DNA of 64,000 bases from an uncultured Acidobacteriota bacterium. Lineage in GTDB: Bacteria > Acidobacteriota > Thermoanaerobaculia > Multivoradales > UBA5704. Positions 50,443-60,653 of the stretch are shown here, piece after piece. The notes below the pieces were generated by a model, which was not told where the DNA came from, searched no databases, and was given only the letters and a program-made list of their open reading frames with translations. The stretch covers positions 512,001-576,000 of the forward strand of contig CAVYRF010000002.1 in the NCBI GenBank assembly GCA_963770895.1, read 5' to 3'. Position numbers and translations under genes: made by a program. The first letter of the stretch is position 1. Each line of letters starts with the position of its first letter.

Positions 50443-51678
50443 GTGCTTTCGATCCGCGATCCGGTGCACGGCTTCATCCGGGCGGACCCGCTGGAGGCGG
50501 CGCTGATCGCCAGCCAGCCCTTCCAGCGGTTGCGCTTCATTCATCAGCTGGGCTTCACCTTCCTGGTCTATCCGGGCGCCGAGCACAGCCGCTTCAGCCA
50601 CGCCCTGGGAGCGATGCACCTGGCCGGGCGGGTCTACGACGCGCTCGCCGCCAAAAGCGACGGCATGCTGCCGGGCGAGCGCCAGAACCTGCCTCGCCGG
50701 CTGGTTCGCGCCGCGGCGCTGCTGCACGACCTGGGGCACGCGCCGTTCAGCCACTCGGCCGAAGAGCTGTTCGAAGGCGGCATCGACCACGAAGAGATGA
50801 CCCGCCGCCTCATCCACACCACCGAGATCGAAGACATCTTCGCGCGCCACGGCCAGGGGCTCGAAGCCGCGGCGGTCAGCGGCCTGCTGGCCGGCTCGAC
50901 CGGAACCGCCGGCCCAGCCGCCCCAGCCAGCCCTGGCGCGGGGCGCATCGAGCAGCTCCTGGCGCAGGTGATCTCGGGCGAGCTGGACGTCGACAAGATG
51001 GACTACCTGCTGCGCGACGGCCTGTACTGCGGCGTGCGCTATGGCAACTACGACCTGGAACGCCTGCTCGACACCATGCTGCCGCTGGCCGATCCCGAGC
51101 GCGGCGAATGGGGCATCGGCGTCGAAGAAGGCGGCGTCCACGCCCTCGAAGCCCTGGTGATGGCGCGGTACTACATGTTCACCCAGGTCTACTTCAACGT
51201 CACCGGCAAGGTCCTGGAGCTGCACCTCAACGCCTGGCTGCAGGAATGCGATCGCCGCTGGCCCGCCGATCCGGAAAGCTTCCTTGCCGAGGACGACCTG
51301 TCGGTATGGACCGCGATGCGCCAATCGCCCAGCCTGCACGCCCGCGCCGTCGTCGCGCGCCGGCACTTTCCCCTGGCCTTCGAAACCCGCGAGCACCTCA
51401 ACCGCGCCGACAAGGACCGCTTCGAGGCGCTTCTGCCGGCCCTGCGCCAGCGCTTCGGCGCCGCCAACCTGCTGCTGTCCAATTCCGCCAAGGACCCCCA
51501 CCGCATGGGCAAGAGCCGCGTCCGCGTGCTGGTCCGCGGCTTCGACGGCACGCTCGCGCCGATGGAACACACCAGCCAGTTCATCCGCCATCTGGCCCGC
51601 ATCGACCGCTATCGCGTCTACGCCACCGCGGCCCTGCGCGATGACGTCGCCGCCGCCTTGCGCGAACAGTGGGACTGA
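50443..51678 (+). CDS. HD-superfamily phosphohydrolase (dNTPase/SAMHD1-like family)
   Basis: IRDPVHG, FQRLRFIHQLG, HSRFSHALG, LLHDLGHAPFSH, DVDKMDYLLRD and RYYMFTQVY motifs. Confidence 0.9.
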   Translation: MLSIRDPVHGFIRADPLEAALIASQPFQRLRFIHQLGFTFLVYPGAEHSRFSHALGAMHLAGRVYDALAAKSDGMLPGERQNLPRRLVRAAALLHDLGHAPFSHSAEELFEGGIDHEEMTRRLIHTTEIEDIFARHGQGLEAAAVSGLLAGSTGTAGPAAPASPGAGRIEQLLAQVISGELDVDKMDYLLRDGLYCGVRYGNYDLERLLDTMLPLADPERGEWGIGVEEGGVHALEALVMARYYMFTQVYFNVTGKVLELHLNAWLQECDRRWPADPESFLAEDDLSVWTAMRQSPSLHARAVVARRHFPLAFETREHLNRADKDRFEALLPALRQRFGAANLLLSNSAKDPHRMGKSRVRVLVRGFDGTLAPMEHTSQFIRHLARIDRYRVYATAALRDDVAAALREQWD

Positions 51679-51729
51679 GGGGCCGGCCGTTTCCCCGCCC
51701 CAGCGCCAGTGGCTGGGCCAGGACTAGGG

Positions 51730-51895
51730 CTAGTGTCCCGCCCGGTTAATTCGCATGGTATTCACTTGCCCTCCGGCCCCCTGGCGGCGTTGCGCCTCCT
51801 CGACATACGTTTCGACTATGCCTGCGTCGGCGCGCCTTGCCAGTGGACCGGATTGCGGCGTGACTACCAAGCGAATTAACCGGGCGGGACACTAG
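51730..51895. mobile_element. MITE-like non-autonomous element (158 bp, 51734-51891) flanked by CTAG
   Basis: Ends CTAGTGTCCCGCCCGGTTAATTCGCATGGTA and TACCAAGCGAATTAACCGGGCGGGACACTAG are inverted repeats matching at 30/31 nt. Nested inner inverted repeats; no transposase. Confidence 0.8.
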
Positions 51896-52815
51896 GGCAG
51901 AAGATCCGCCAGGGCGCCGGCCAGATCGGCAAACCGGAAGCGATAGCCCGCCGCAAGCAGGCGCTCGGGTACCGCGCGCTGACCGGTGAGCACGCCTTCG
52001 GCCAGCTCTCCCAGCAGCAGACGCAGCGCAAAGGCGGGTGCCGCCAGCACGCTGGGGCGGTGCAGCTGGCGGCCCAGCGAGCGGGCAAAGTCGCGGTTGC
52101 GGACCGGCTGCGGCGCACACAGGTTGAACGGCCCATGCGCCGCGCCGGCGCGCAATAGGAAGAGGATGGCGCCCACCTCGTCGGCACGGTGGATCCAGGG
52201 CAGCCATTGGTTTCCGGTGCCCAGCGGCCCCCCGGCGCCAAGGCGGAACGCCGGCAGCATCTTCCCCAGCGCCCCGCCTGCAGGGTCGAGCACGATGCCG
52301 GTGCGCAGCACGACCCGCCGCACGCCGAGCTCCTCCGCCGCCGCCGTCGACCCTTCCCAGGCGACCGCCGCCCGCGCCAGAAAGTCGCCGCCCGGCGGGC
52401 TGTCTTCGTGCAGCGCCGCTTCACCGGTGCCGCCATCGCCGTAATAGCCGATCCCCGACCCCTGCAGGAGCGCCGCCGGAGCGCGCCCGGCCGCGGCAGC
52501 CTCGCGCAGAGCCAGCATCACCGCGTTGCCCGCCTCGACCCGGCTGTCCAGGATGCGCCGCTTGCGGGCCGCGGTCCACCGGCCGCCGGCGATCGGCTCC
52601 CCCGCCAGGTTGATCACCGCCGAGTCCGCCTGGAGCAGCGGCGCCCAGCCATCCCCCGAGCGCCCATCCCACCGCACCGCGCGCGCTCCCGCCGGCAGCT
52701 CGCGCACCCTGCCAGGGTCGCGCGACAACACCACCACCTCGTCGCCCTGCGCCGCCAACGCCCGCGTCAGAGCGCCGCCGATCAACCCCGAGCCTCCAGT
52801 GATGAGCACCCGCAC
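51892..52815 (-). CDS. TIGR01777 family NAD-dependent epimerase/oxidoreductase
   Basis: ITGGSGLIG, NLAGEPI, ILDSRV, LRTGIVL, GTGNQWLPWIH and GYRFRF motifs. Confidence 0.93.
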   Translation of the reverse strand: MRVLITGGSGLIGGALTRALAAQGDEVVVLSRDPGRVRELPAGARAVRWDGRSGDGWAPLLQADSAVINLAGEPIAGGRWTAARKRRILDSRVEAGNAVMLALREAAAAGRAPAALLQGSGIGYYGDGGTGEAALHEDSPPGGDFLARAAVAWEGSTAAAEELGVRRVVLRTGIVLDPAGGALGKMLPAFRLGAGGPLGTGNQWLPWIHRADEVGAILFLLRAGAAHGPFNLCAPQPVRNRDFARSLGRQLHRPSVLAAPAFALRLLLGELAEGVLTGQRAVPERLLAAGYRFRFADLAGALADLLP

Positions 52816-52968
52816 GCCGCCCCCTTTCTATCCCGCCGCTAGCCCGCTACCCGCGCAGGTGCACGCTTCACGCCACGGCGAAAACTTGCGCGTCGGGAGA
52901 CCCGTTTTGCGTCTTCCTAATTGATGGCATGGAACGACCAGAACCTGCACGATCGAGCCAGCGACCCA

Positions 52969-53034
52969 AGGACGGTGGCGGCCCCGGCGTCACCAGTCGA
53001 CAGGACGGTGGCGGCCCCGGCGTCACCAGTCGAC
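52969..53034. repeat. Perfect 33-bp tandem duplication spanning the helicase stop codon
   Basis: AGGACGGTGGCGGCCCCGGCGTCACCAGTCGAC occurs twice (52969-53001 and 53002-53034). Confidence 0.9.
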
Positions 53035-56000
53035 GGCGACGCGCAGCCGCACGTCGCGGCGCGGGTCGTGGTACACCACGCAACCTTCGCGACGGCCGTG
53101 AAGGTACAGGTCGCGCAGAATCTCGACGTCGTGCCGGCAGTACTCCTCCACCAGGTCGATGCGACCCTGCCGCACCCATTCCAGCGACTGCAGGCCGTCG
53201 GCCGACTTGGTGCTGCCCAGCGTCGCCATCGCCAGCCGCCCCATCCCCAGGCGGAACCCCAACCGGTGGTGAACCTCCTCCAGCAGGTCCAGCGTCGGCA
53301 GCGTCCGGCAATAATCCTCGCCGGTATAGCCGGCCAGCACGCCGTAGTCGAACCGTTTGATGTTGTAGCCGATCACCAGCGTCGCCCGATGCAGCGCCGC
53401 CGCCAATTCGTGGACCCGCCGCTCGTCAAAGCTCACAAACCGGCCTTCCTCCAGAAAGCAGGCGACCGCCACCGCCACCCCCATCCGGTGGCAATTGCCA
53501 AAGCCCCCCACCTCCGCCGCCGACCGCAACGTCTCCACGTCAAACAACAACGTATTCGGCCGCTCCTTGTGCCGCCGCGCCTGCTCGCGACTCAGTCCCC
53601 GCGCCGGCGCCGCCGCCTCTTCACCCGCTTCCATCCGAGGCATCCGCGCCCGCCGCCGCCACGTCTCCTCCTCCCCCACCCGGACCGCCAGGGCGGCACC
53701 CGCCTCCAGGGGACCTGCGCCCAAGGGACCTGCACCCAAGGGGCCTGCGCCCAGGGGACCTGCGCCCAAGGGACCTGCACCCAAGGGGCCCGCCCCGGCG
53801 CCCGCGCCATCAGAAGCGGCCAGGCGGCCAAAGGGGGCGACGCCAGCCGGCGGCAAAGCCCAATCCGCCCAGGCGTCATCCAAGGTGCAGCCCTCCGGCG
53901 CCAGGACAGTGCCAGGATCGCCGCTCGCCAGACCGGCCTGGAGGCCCGCCCCCGCCGGGGAAGTCAGGGGAGCGATGCTGGCGTCGCCGGCAGCGCTCGC
54001 GTCCGGTGACCAGAAGGCACCAAAGCCATCTGCACCGGGATCGGCGCCGGAAGCTGGTGTGGCCGGGTAGAAGGTCGCCAGGGCGGAGGACGCGGAGGGC
54101 AATGCGACCGGCGTAGAGGCTCGCCCATCGACGGCAACGGGTGGACCAGCCGGGATGGAGGCTTGAGAAGCAAAGTCAGTGGCGGTCGGAGCTGCTGGGG
54201 TGTACGTTGGCGCTGCGAAGGCGCCGGATGGGGTGGCCGGGAGGGAAGTCGCAGGGCCGAAGACAACCTCGGATGGGGCGGCTGAGATACAAGCTGCCAG
54301 GGCCAGGGCATCGACCGGTGGGGCGGCCGAGATGGAGATGGATGGGGCAAGGGCGGTGGGTGGGGTGGCTGGTATGGAGGTGGGTGGGGCGAAGGCGGCG
54401 GCGGGAAGAGGCGGGATGGGGGGCACGGCGGCGGCTTCGCGGCCGAGGAGGAGGCGGAGGATGCGGGCGGCGCCGGATTTGTGGAGGGGGCGATTGCCGT
54501 TGCCGCATTTGGGGGACTGGATACAGGAGGGACAGCCGGCCTCGCAGGGGCAGCCGTCGATCAGCTGCAGCACGCGGTCGAGCAGACCGGAAAGGTCTTC
54601 GAAGCCGCGTGCCGCGATGCCGATGCCGCCGGGGTGGCCGTCGTAGATGAAGACGGCGCCGCAGCCCACCTGGGGGTGGAGCGGATAGGAGATGCCGCCG
54701 ATATCGCCGCGATCGCAGAGCGCCAGCAGCGGGAACAGGGATATGGAGGCGTGCTCGGCGGCGTGCAGGGCGCCCAGAAAGTGCTCGCCGGCGCGCCGCA
54801 GGGTCTCTTCGAAGTGACGTGGCGCCTGCCACCACAGGCCCACGGTCTCGAACTCGACCGGCGGCAGATCGAGCGGCGTCTGGTCGATGGTTTCCTGGCC
54901 GTGGACGCGCTTGCGCTCGAAGCCCACGACCCACTCGGTCACCTTCAGCCGCCCCAGGCCGCACGCAAGGGCGCCGTCGTCGCTCTGCTGCAAGACTTCC
55001 AGGATTTCGGTCTGCTTTTCGGTCAGCGGCGTGGTGAAGTAGTCGAGATCCGCCGCCACCGCCCGCACCCGCCGCTCTTCGCGCTCCAGCTCCTTGACCA
55101 GGTACTGCCGCCCGGCGTGCAGGTACACCGCTCCCGGATGGCATTCATGCAGCGCCCGCACCCCGTCGACGGTGCCGATCAACCTGCCGCGATCGGCCCG
55201 CCCCCCCGCCGTCGCTGCCCTTGGCGGGCGCTGGCCGTGCGGGATGAGCGCTCAGAGCGGTCGGCGCGCCTGGAGCGGTCGGAACGGTTCGACCCTTCGT
55301 ACCCGTCAGAGCCGGAGGGGCCGCCTCCACCGGCCGCGCCATCGGAACCAGCAGCCAGCGCCGGGCGATCGATCCTGGCGCGCTCCGCGTCCGATTCGCC
55401 TGCGGACCCGGCGTCCTGACCGGCCCCGCCGTCACCATGCCCACCGGCGCGCTCGGCAAAGATGGCAAACGTGTTGCCGCTGCCACGCAACGCGACCATC
55501 CTTTGTGGCTGCCGCCGCAGGCAGTACAGCTCCCCGGCAAAGTCATCGCCAGCACCGTCTTCAGCGATGTCGACCGCTGCCCCTTCATGCTCCGGCTCCA
55601 GCGCTGCGTGCTCCAGATCTGGCCGCGCACTCTCCGGCTCCGGCGGCACACCCTTCAGCCCTGGCCTTGCGTGCTCTGAACCTGGCAGCGCACGCTCCGG
55701 CCCCAACTCTGCGTGCTCCAGATCTGGCCCTGCGCCCTCCGTCTCAAGGCGCGCGGGGTCTTGTTTTGGCCCGTCGGGCGTGGCGGCTGGTAGCGCAAGG
55801 TTTGCGTTGGGGTCTTCCGGCGGTGCGCTGGCTGGGTGGGGAGCGGGCGGCACGGCGGGCGCAGGGGAGGATGGGGCGCCGGCGGCCTGCAGGAGGTGGC
55901 CGGCGCGGAGCAGGTAGTCGATGCTGGCTTTGTGGCGCTCCAGATAGACGGCGTCGTGGCGGGGCGCCAGGGGGAGCTCGGCGGCGGCGCAGAGCAGGTG

Positions 56001-57358
56001 GGCGCGGGCGACGGGCTGGTTGGTGGGATCGACGACCAGGCGCTCGCAGGGGCGGTGCAGAAACTGGTCGGGATGGTCCAGGAAGTACTGATCGAGGGCG
56101 TCGGGCATTGCCACCAGGGCGGTGATCGACTCGCGGTCGGCGCGGCCGACGCGGCCGGAGCGCTGCCAGGTGGCCATCATGCTGCCGGGGTAGCCGACCA
56201 GGATGCAGGCGTCGAGGCCGCCGACGTCGATGCCCATTTCGAGCGCCGAGGTGGAGATCACACCGTCGAGGGTGCCGCTGAAGAGAGACTGCTCGATGAC
56301 GCGCCGTTCTTCGGCCAGAAAGCCGGCGCGGTAGCTGGCGACCCGCGCCGCCAGGCGGGGCTCCTGACGCCGCAGCCAGGAGTAGAGCAGCTCCGTGATG
56401 CGCCGCGCCTTGGTGAACATGATGGTCTTGAGGCCGGCGTCGAGGCAGCGGATGAAGAGCCGCAGGGCGGCGGTGTAAGGCGAGGCGTCGGGGCGCACCA
56501 ACAGCAGGTGCCGGCCTTCGCGCGGCGCGCCCGATTGGGCGATCCAATGAAATTGGCAGCCGGTCAGGTCGGTGGCAAATTGGGCGGCATTGGCGGCGGT
56601 GGCGGACGAGGCGATCACCACCGGCTGGCCGCCGACCGAACGGCAGAGGCGCAGCAGGCGCTGCAGCACGTGGTGGAAATGGCTGCCGAAGATGCCGCGA
56701 TAGGTGTGCAGCTCGTCGATCACGATCCAGCGCAGGTCGGCGAGCAGCGGCCCCCAGCTGGTCCAGTGCCCCAGCAGGCCCAGGTGCAGCATGTCGGGAT
56801 TGGTGATCAGGACCCGCGGCAGGCGCCGGCGGATGGCGGCGCGGCGCGCCGGCGGCGTGTCGCCGTCGTAGATTTCGCAGCCCGCCTGCGCGGGGTCGAA
56901 ACCGGCGTCCGCGACCAGCTTTTCCATCTTGCCGCGCTGGTCCTGGCCGAGCGCTTTGAGCGGAAACAGGAACAGGGCTCGCCCCTCCCCCCCGCTGCCG
57001 CCTCCAAGAGAGGAGGAATCTGAAAAACCAGCGACTTGCCCGAGGCGGTCGGGGTGGTGACCAGGACGTTTTCGCCCCGGCCGACGGCATCCAGGGCTTC
57101 CACCTGGTGGCTCCACAGGCGAGCCACGCCGCCGCGCTGCAACGCCCCCGCGAGCGCGGGCGGCAGCGGCGTCGCCAGCTCGCCGAAGCGCGCCGGCTGC
57201 GGCGGCAGGTAGGCCGCATGCACGACTTCGCCCCCCAGGCGGCTGTCCTGGCCCAGCTCCTCGGCCAGCGGCGCCAGCGAAGCCGTGCCGGTGGCAGCCA
57301 CAACGGCGGTCCCGGAAGCGGCGGCACCGGCATCGGCGCCCGACAAGTTACGGCCCAT
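53023..57358 (-). pseudogene. DEAD/DEAH DUF1998 helicase (MrfA/YprA-like) fused to an RNase_H_2 exonuclease (MrfB/YprB-like), with two apparent frameshifts
   Basis: Pieces in three frames: TPTASGKS (56807..57358); DELH, SAT, TSALEMGIDVG and QRSGRVGR (55179..57116); LCDRGD..CPCEAGCPSC plus FDVET..GYN..FD..YCRHDV (53023..55182). May be intact in vivo if the shifts are sequencing errors. Confidence 0.85.
53707..53796. repeat. In-frame 15-bp tandem repeat (6 x GAGPL)
   Basis: Units like GGGACCTGCGCCCAA lie in the helicase-nuclease linker. Confidence 0.85.
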
Positions 57359-57533
57359 TCACGCCATTCTAGAGGCCCACATCAGGATCAACAAGCCCGC
57401 GCGCGCCGCGCGGCCATCCGGACCGCGGGCTTCAACTTTGCAAGTTGGCTTGCGCGACCGCCGCGATAGGGGCGTAGCACGGCACCCCCTTTGGCAGAAC
57501 GCCGGCACGCGGCGGTCGTCGGCTTGGAGGGAC

Positions 57534-58193
57534 TCAGATTTGATCGAGCAGCTGCTTGCGCTTGGCGTCGAACTCGGCTTGCGAGATCAGCCCTTCGTCC
57601 AGGAGCTGCTTGAGCTGGCGGATCTTGTCGGCGCCCGACCCATGGCCGGCGACGCCCGCCGGCGCCGCCTGGGCGGCGGTCGTCGCCGGCAGGGCCGGCG
57701 CAGGGGCGCGGTTGACCGCGGCGACGTGGAAGGCGCTGGTGGCGGCGTCGATGGCGCGTTTGAAGGCGAGCGGGTGGCTGATCTGCGGGAAGAGCTCCGC
57801 GCCGGTTTCGCTGGCGGTGTCGATCTCCAGGTCGCCGTAGCCGAAGATGCGCCCCCAAAAGGTCTGCCGATGCTCGACGTTGTTGATCTTGTCGAGGTAG
57901 GAATCCATCGAGCTGTGGCTGAGCAACCCGCGCAGCCGCAGCAGCCGCCGGTCGGTGACCACGTAGACGCAGGAGACCAGGCGCATGTAGCGCACCAGGG
58001 CCAATCCGAGCGCCACGGCCAGCAGCACGCCGGCCGGCACCCACACCCACGTCTGGCCGGTCTGCTTCCAGGCGACCAGCCCGCCGGCCGCGGCCAGCAC
58101 CGCCACCGCCAGGGGGAGCACCAGCGGCATGCGGCTGGGATGGGCCTGGTACAGCACCTCTTCGCCCGGCTGCAGATGGGATGCAACGCTCAT
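57534..58193 (-). CDS. Membrane protein with bacterial PH domain and C-terminal SHOCT
   Basis: YVVTDRRLL...KINNVEHRQTFWGRIFGYGDLEIDTA and LKQLLDEGLISQAEFDAKRKQLL. Confidence 0.88.
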   Translation of the reverse strand: MSVASHLQPGEEVLYQAHPSRMPLVLPLAVAVLAAAGGLVAWKQTGQTWVWVPAGVLLAVALGLALVRYMRLVSCVYVVTDRRLLRLRGLLSHSSMDSYLDKINNVEHRQTFWGRIFGYGDLEIDTASETGAELFPQISHPLAFKRAIDAATSAFHVAAVNRAPAPALPATTAAQAAPAGVAGHGSGADKIRQLKQLLDEGLISQAEFDAKRKQLLDQI

Positions 58194-58247
58194 TGCCTCA
58201 TGCTAACACTGTCGCCAGCGCGGCGTTTACCGTAGAATTCGATCACC

Positions 58248-59753
58248 TTGAGCCCCTCCGCGACACGCTTGATCGTCGTTTCCAACCGCCTGCCCATCGT
58301 GCTTGAGAAGCGCGACGGCGGTTGGACGCTCAAGCCGGGCTCCGGCGGCCTGGTCAGCGCCCTGGCGCCGGTGCTGTCGCACCGCGGCGGTTTGTGGATC
58401 GGTTGGCCCGGTCTGGCGCTGGAGCGCGGCGGCGCCTGGCAGCAGCTCATGGCGGAGGGATTTCGCGAGCGCGGCTACGACCTGCTGCCGGTGCTGCTCG
58501 ACCAGGAAGAGGTCAAGGGCTTCTACGAAGGCTTTTCCAACGCCATCCTGTGGCCGCTGTTCCACGACCTGACCGGGCGCTGCGACTTTCAGCCGGCCTA
58601 CTGGTATTCCTACCTGGAGGTGAACCGCAAGTTCGCCGACGTGGTGGTGGACGAATGCCGCACCGACGGATTCGTCTGGGTGCAGGACTACCAGCTGATC
58701 CACGTCGCGGAATTCGTGCGCAAGCAGGCCATCGAAGGGCGGATCGGCTTTTTCCTCCACATCCCGTTCCCGCCGCCCGACATCTTCATGAAGCTGCCGT
58801 GGCGCGAGCAGATCCTCAACGCCTTTCTGGCCTACGATCTGCTGGGCTTCCAGACCCAGCGCGACCGCCGCAACTTCATCTCCTGCGTCGAAAACCTGCT
58901 GCGCCACGTGGAGGTCCGCCGGCCGCGCGGCGTCTCGCTGGTGGAGGTCCGCACCGGCGACCGTACGGTGCGCGTCGGCACCTTCCCCATCGGCATCGAC
59001 TACGCCGGGTACGCCGACACCGCGCGCACCGAAGAGGTGGAGACGCGCATCGAAGACCTGCGCCGGCGCATCGGCCCCTACGAGCTGGTGTTGGGAGTGG
59101 ACCGCCTGGACTACACCAAGGGGCTGCCCGAACGCCTGCAGGCGTTCCGCAACGCCCTGCAGCGCTTCCCCGAGCTGCGCGAACGCGCGGTGCTGATGCA
59201 GATCGTGGTGCCCAGCCGCGAAGCGGTGGCGCAATACCAGGCGCTCAAGGCCGAGATCGAACAGATGATCGGCGAGATCAACGGCGAATTTTCGACCGCC
59301 GGCTGGGTGCCGGTGCACTACCACTACCGCAGCCTGCCGCGGCGCGACCTGATCGCGCTCTACCGCATGGCGCGCGCCGGCTTCGTGACCTCGCTCAAGG
59401 ACGGCATGAACCTGGTCGCCAAGGAGTTTTGCGCCTGCCAGGTGGAATCGCGCGGCGCCCTGGTGCTGTCCGAATTCGCCGGCGCCGCCGCCCAGCTCGA
59501 AGAGGGCGCGCTGCTGGTCAACCCGCACGACATCGAAGGCATGGCCGACGCCCTCAAGGCCGCCTTCGAAATGTCACCCGAGGAGCGCAAGCGCCGCATG
59601 CACAGCATGCAGGAGGTGCTGCAGCGGGAAGACATCTTCTGGTGGGTGGACTGCTACCTGAAGGCCGCCCTGGGCGCCGTGCCCGGCGATTTCCGCACCC
59701 CCAAAGAGTTCCTGCCGCCGCTCGACGCCGACAAGAGCTGGGTCGGCGCCTGA
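58248..59753 (+). CDS. otsA: Trehalose-6-phosphate synthase
   Basis: VVSNRLP, GGLVSAL, LWPLFH, WVQDYQL, FFLHIPFP, GVDRLDYTKG and DGMNLVAKEF motifs. Confidence 0.96.
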   Translation: MSPSATRLIVVSNRLPIVLEKRDGGWTLKPGSGGLVSALAPVLSHRGGLWIGWPGLALERGGAWQQLMAEGFRERGYDLLPVLLDQEEVKGFYEGFSNAILWPLFHDLTGRCDFQPAYWYSYLEVNRKFADVVVDECRTDGFVWVQDYQLIHVAEFVRKQAIEGRIGFFLHIPFPPPDIFMKLPWREQILNAFLAYDLLGFQTQRDRRNFISCVENLLRHVEVRRPRGVSLVEVRTGDRTVRVGTFPIGIDYAGYADTARTEEVETRIEDLRRRIGPYELVLGVDRLDYTKGLPERLQAFRNALQRFPELRERAVLMQIVVPSREAVAQYQALKAEIEQMIGEINGEFSTAGWVPVHYHYRSLPRRDLIALYRMARAGFVTSLKDGMNLVAKEFCACQVESRGALVLSEFAGAAAQLEEGALLVNPHDIEGMADALKAAFEMSPEERKRRMHSMQEVLQREDIFWWVDCYLKAALGAVPGDFRTPKEFLPPLDADKSWVGA

Positions 59754-59769
59754 CCTGACAAGCCCCCCG

Positions 59770-60600
59770 GTGACGGCGACCGACCTGCCCCTGGCGCTCG
59801 ACCACTGGCGCGAGCTGGCCGACCGTCTGGCCGGCCGCCGCCGGGCGCTCTTCCTGGACTACGACGGCACGCTCTCGCCGATCGCCGCGCGGCCCGAGCT
59901 CGCCACCCTGCCGCCGGCGGCGCGCGACGTCCTGCGCAGCCTGGCGGCGCGCGCCCCGCTCGCCGTGTTGTCGGGACGCGGCCGCGCCGACGTGGCGGCG
60001 CTGGTGGACCTCCCCGCCATCACCTATGCCGGCAGCCACGGCTTCGACATCGCCGGGCCGCCTCCGGCTGCCGGCCAGCCGCCGTTGCGCCACGAGGTCG
60101 GCCCCGACCTGCCGGCCCGCATGGAGCGCATCGCGGCAACCCTGCGCGACCAGCTGGCCGGCATCTCCGGCGTGCTGGTCGAATGCAAGCGCTTTTCGGT
60201 GGCGGTCCACTACCGCCTGGTGAACGACCGCGACGTGCCGCGCCTGGAAGCCACCGTGGACGGCGCCGTCGCCTGCGCCGGCGACGACGGCGACGGCGAC
60301 GGCACCGCCCGGCTGCGCAAGGCCGCGGGCAAGAAAGTTTTCGAGATCCGCCCGGACACCGCCTGGGACAAGGGCAAGGCGCTGCTCTGGCTGCTGGCGC
60401 GCTGGGGGCTCGACCGGCCGGACGTGGTGCCGATCTACATCGGCGACGACGTGACCGACGAGGACGCCTTCGCCGCCCTGGCCGGCCGCGGCATTGGCAT
60501 CCTGGTTGCAGAAACGCCGCGGCCAACCGCGGCGTCGTACCGCCTGCGCGATCCCGCCGAAACTCTGGAGCTGCTCCGCCGCCTGGACGCCCTGGGGTAG
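59770..60600 (+). CDS. otsB: Trehalose-6-phosphate phosphatase
   Basis: FLDYDGTLSPI, SGR, YAGSHG, WDKGKA and IGDDVTDEDAF motifs. Confidence 0.95.
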   Translation: MTATDLPLALDHWRELADRLAGRRRALFLDYDGTLSPIAARPELATLPPAARDVLRSLAARAPLAVLSGRGRADVAALVDLPAITYAGSHGFDIAGPPPAAGQPPLRHEVGPDLPARMERIAATLRDQLAGISGVLVECKRFSVAVHYRLVNDRDVPRLEATVDGAVACAGDDGDGDGTARLRKAAGKKVFEIRPDTAWDKGKALLWLLARWGLDRPDVVPIYIGDDVTDEDAFAALAGRGIGILVAETPRPTAASYRLRDPAETLELLRRLDALG

Positions 60601-60653
60601 GATCCCGTTCAAACCCGCTGGTGCCGCGACGCGTGGAAGGACAGGAGGAAAGC

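Noticed and set aside
52969-53796. 33-bp and 15-bp repeats as a possible CRISPR array
   Set aside because: The repeats are directly adjacent with no unique spacers, and there are no cas genes.
55200-55870. Insertions in the helicase as possible inteins
   Set aside because: There is no Cys/Ser start, His-Asn end or LAGLIDADG motif; the sequence is low-complexity and repeat-derived.
50443-57358. HD protein plus DUF1998 helicase as an anti-phage defence island
   Set aside because: They are on opposite strands, separated by a housekeeping epimerase, and have no methylase, nuclease partner or mobility genes nearby.
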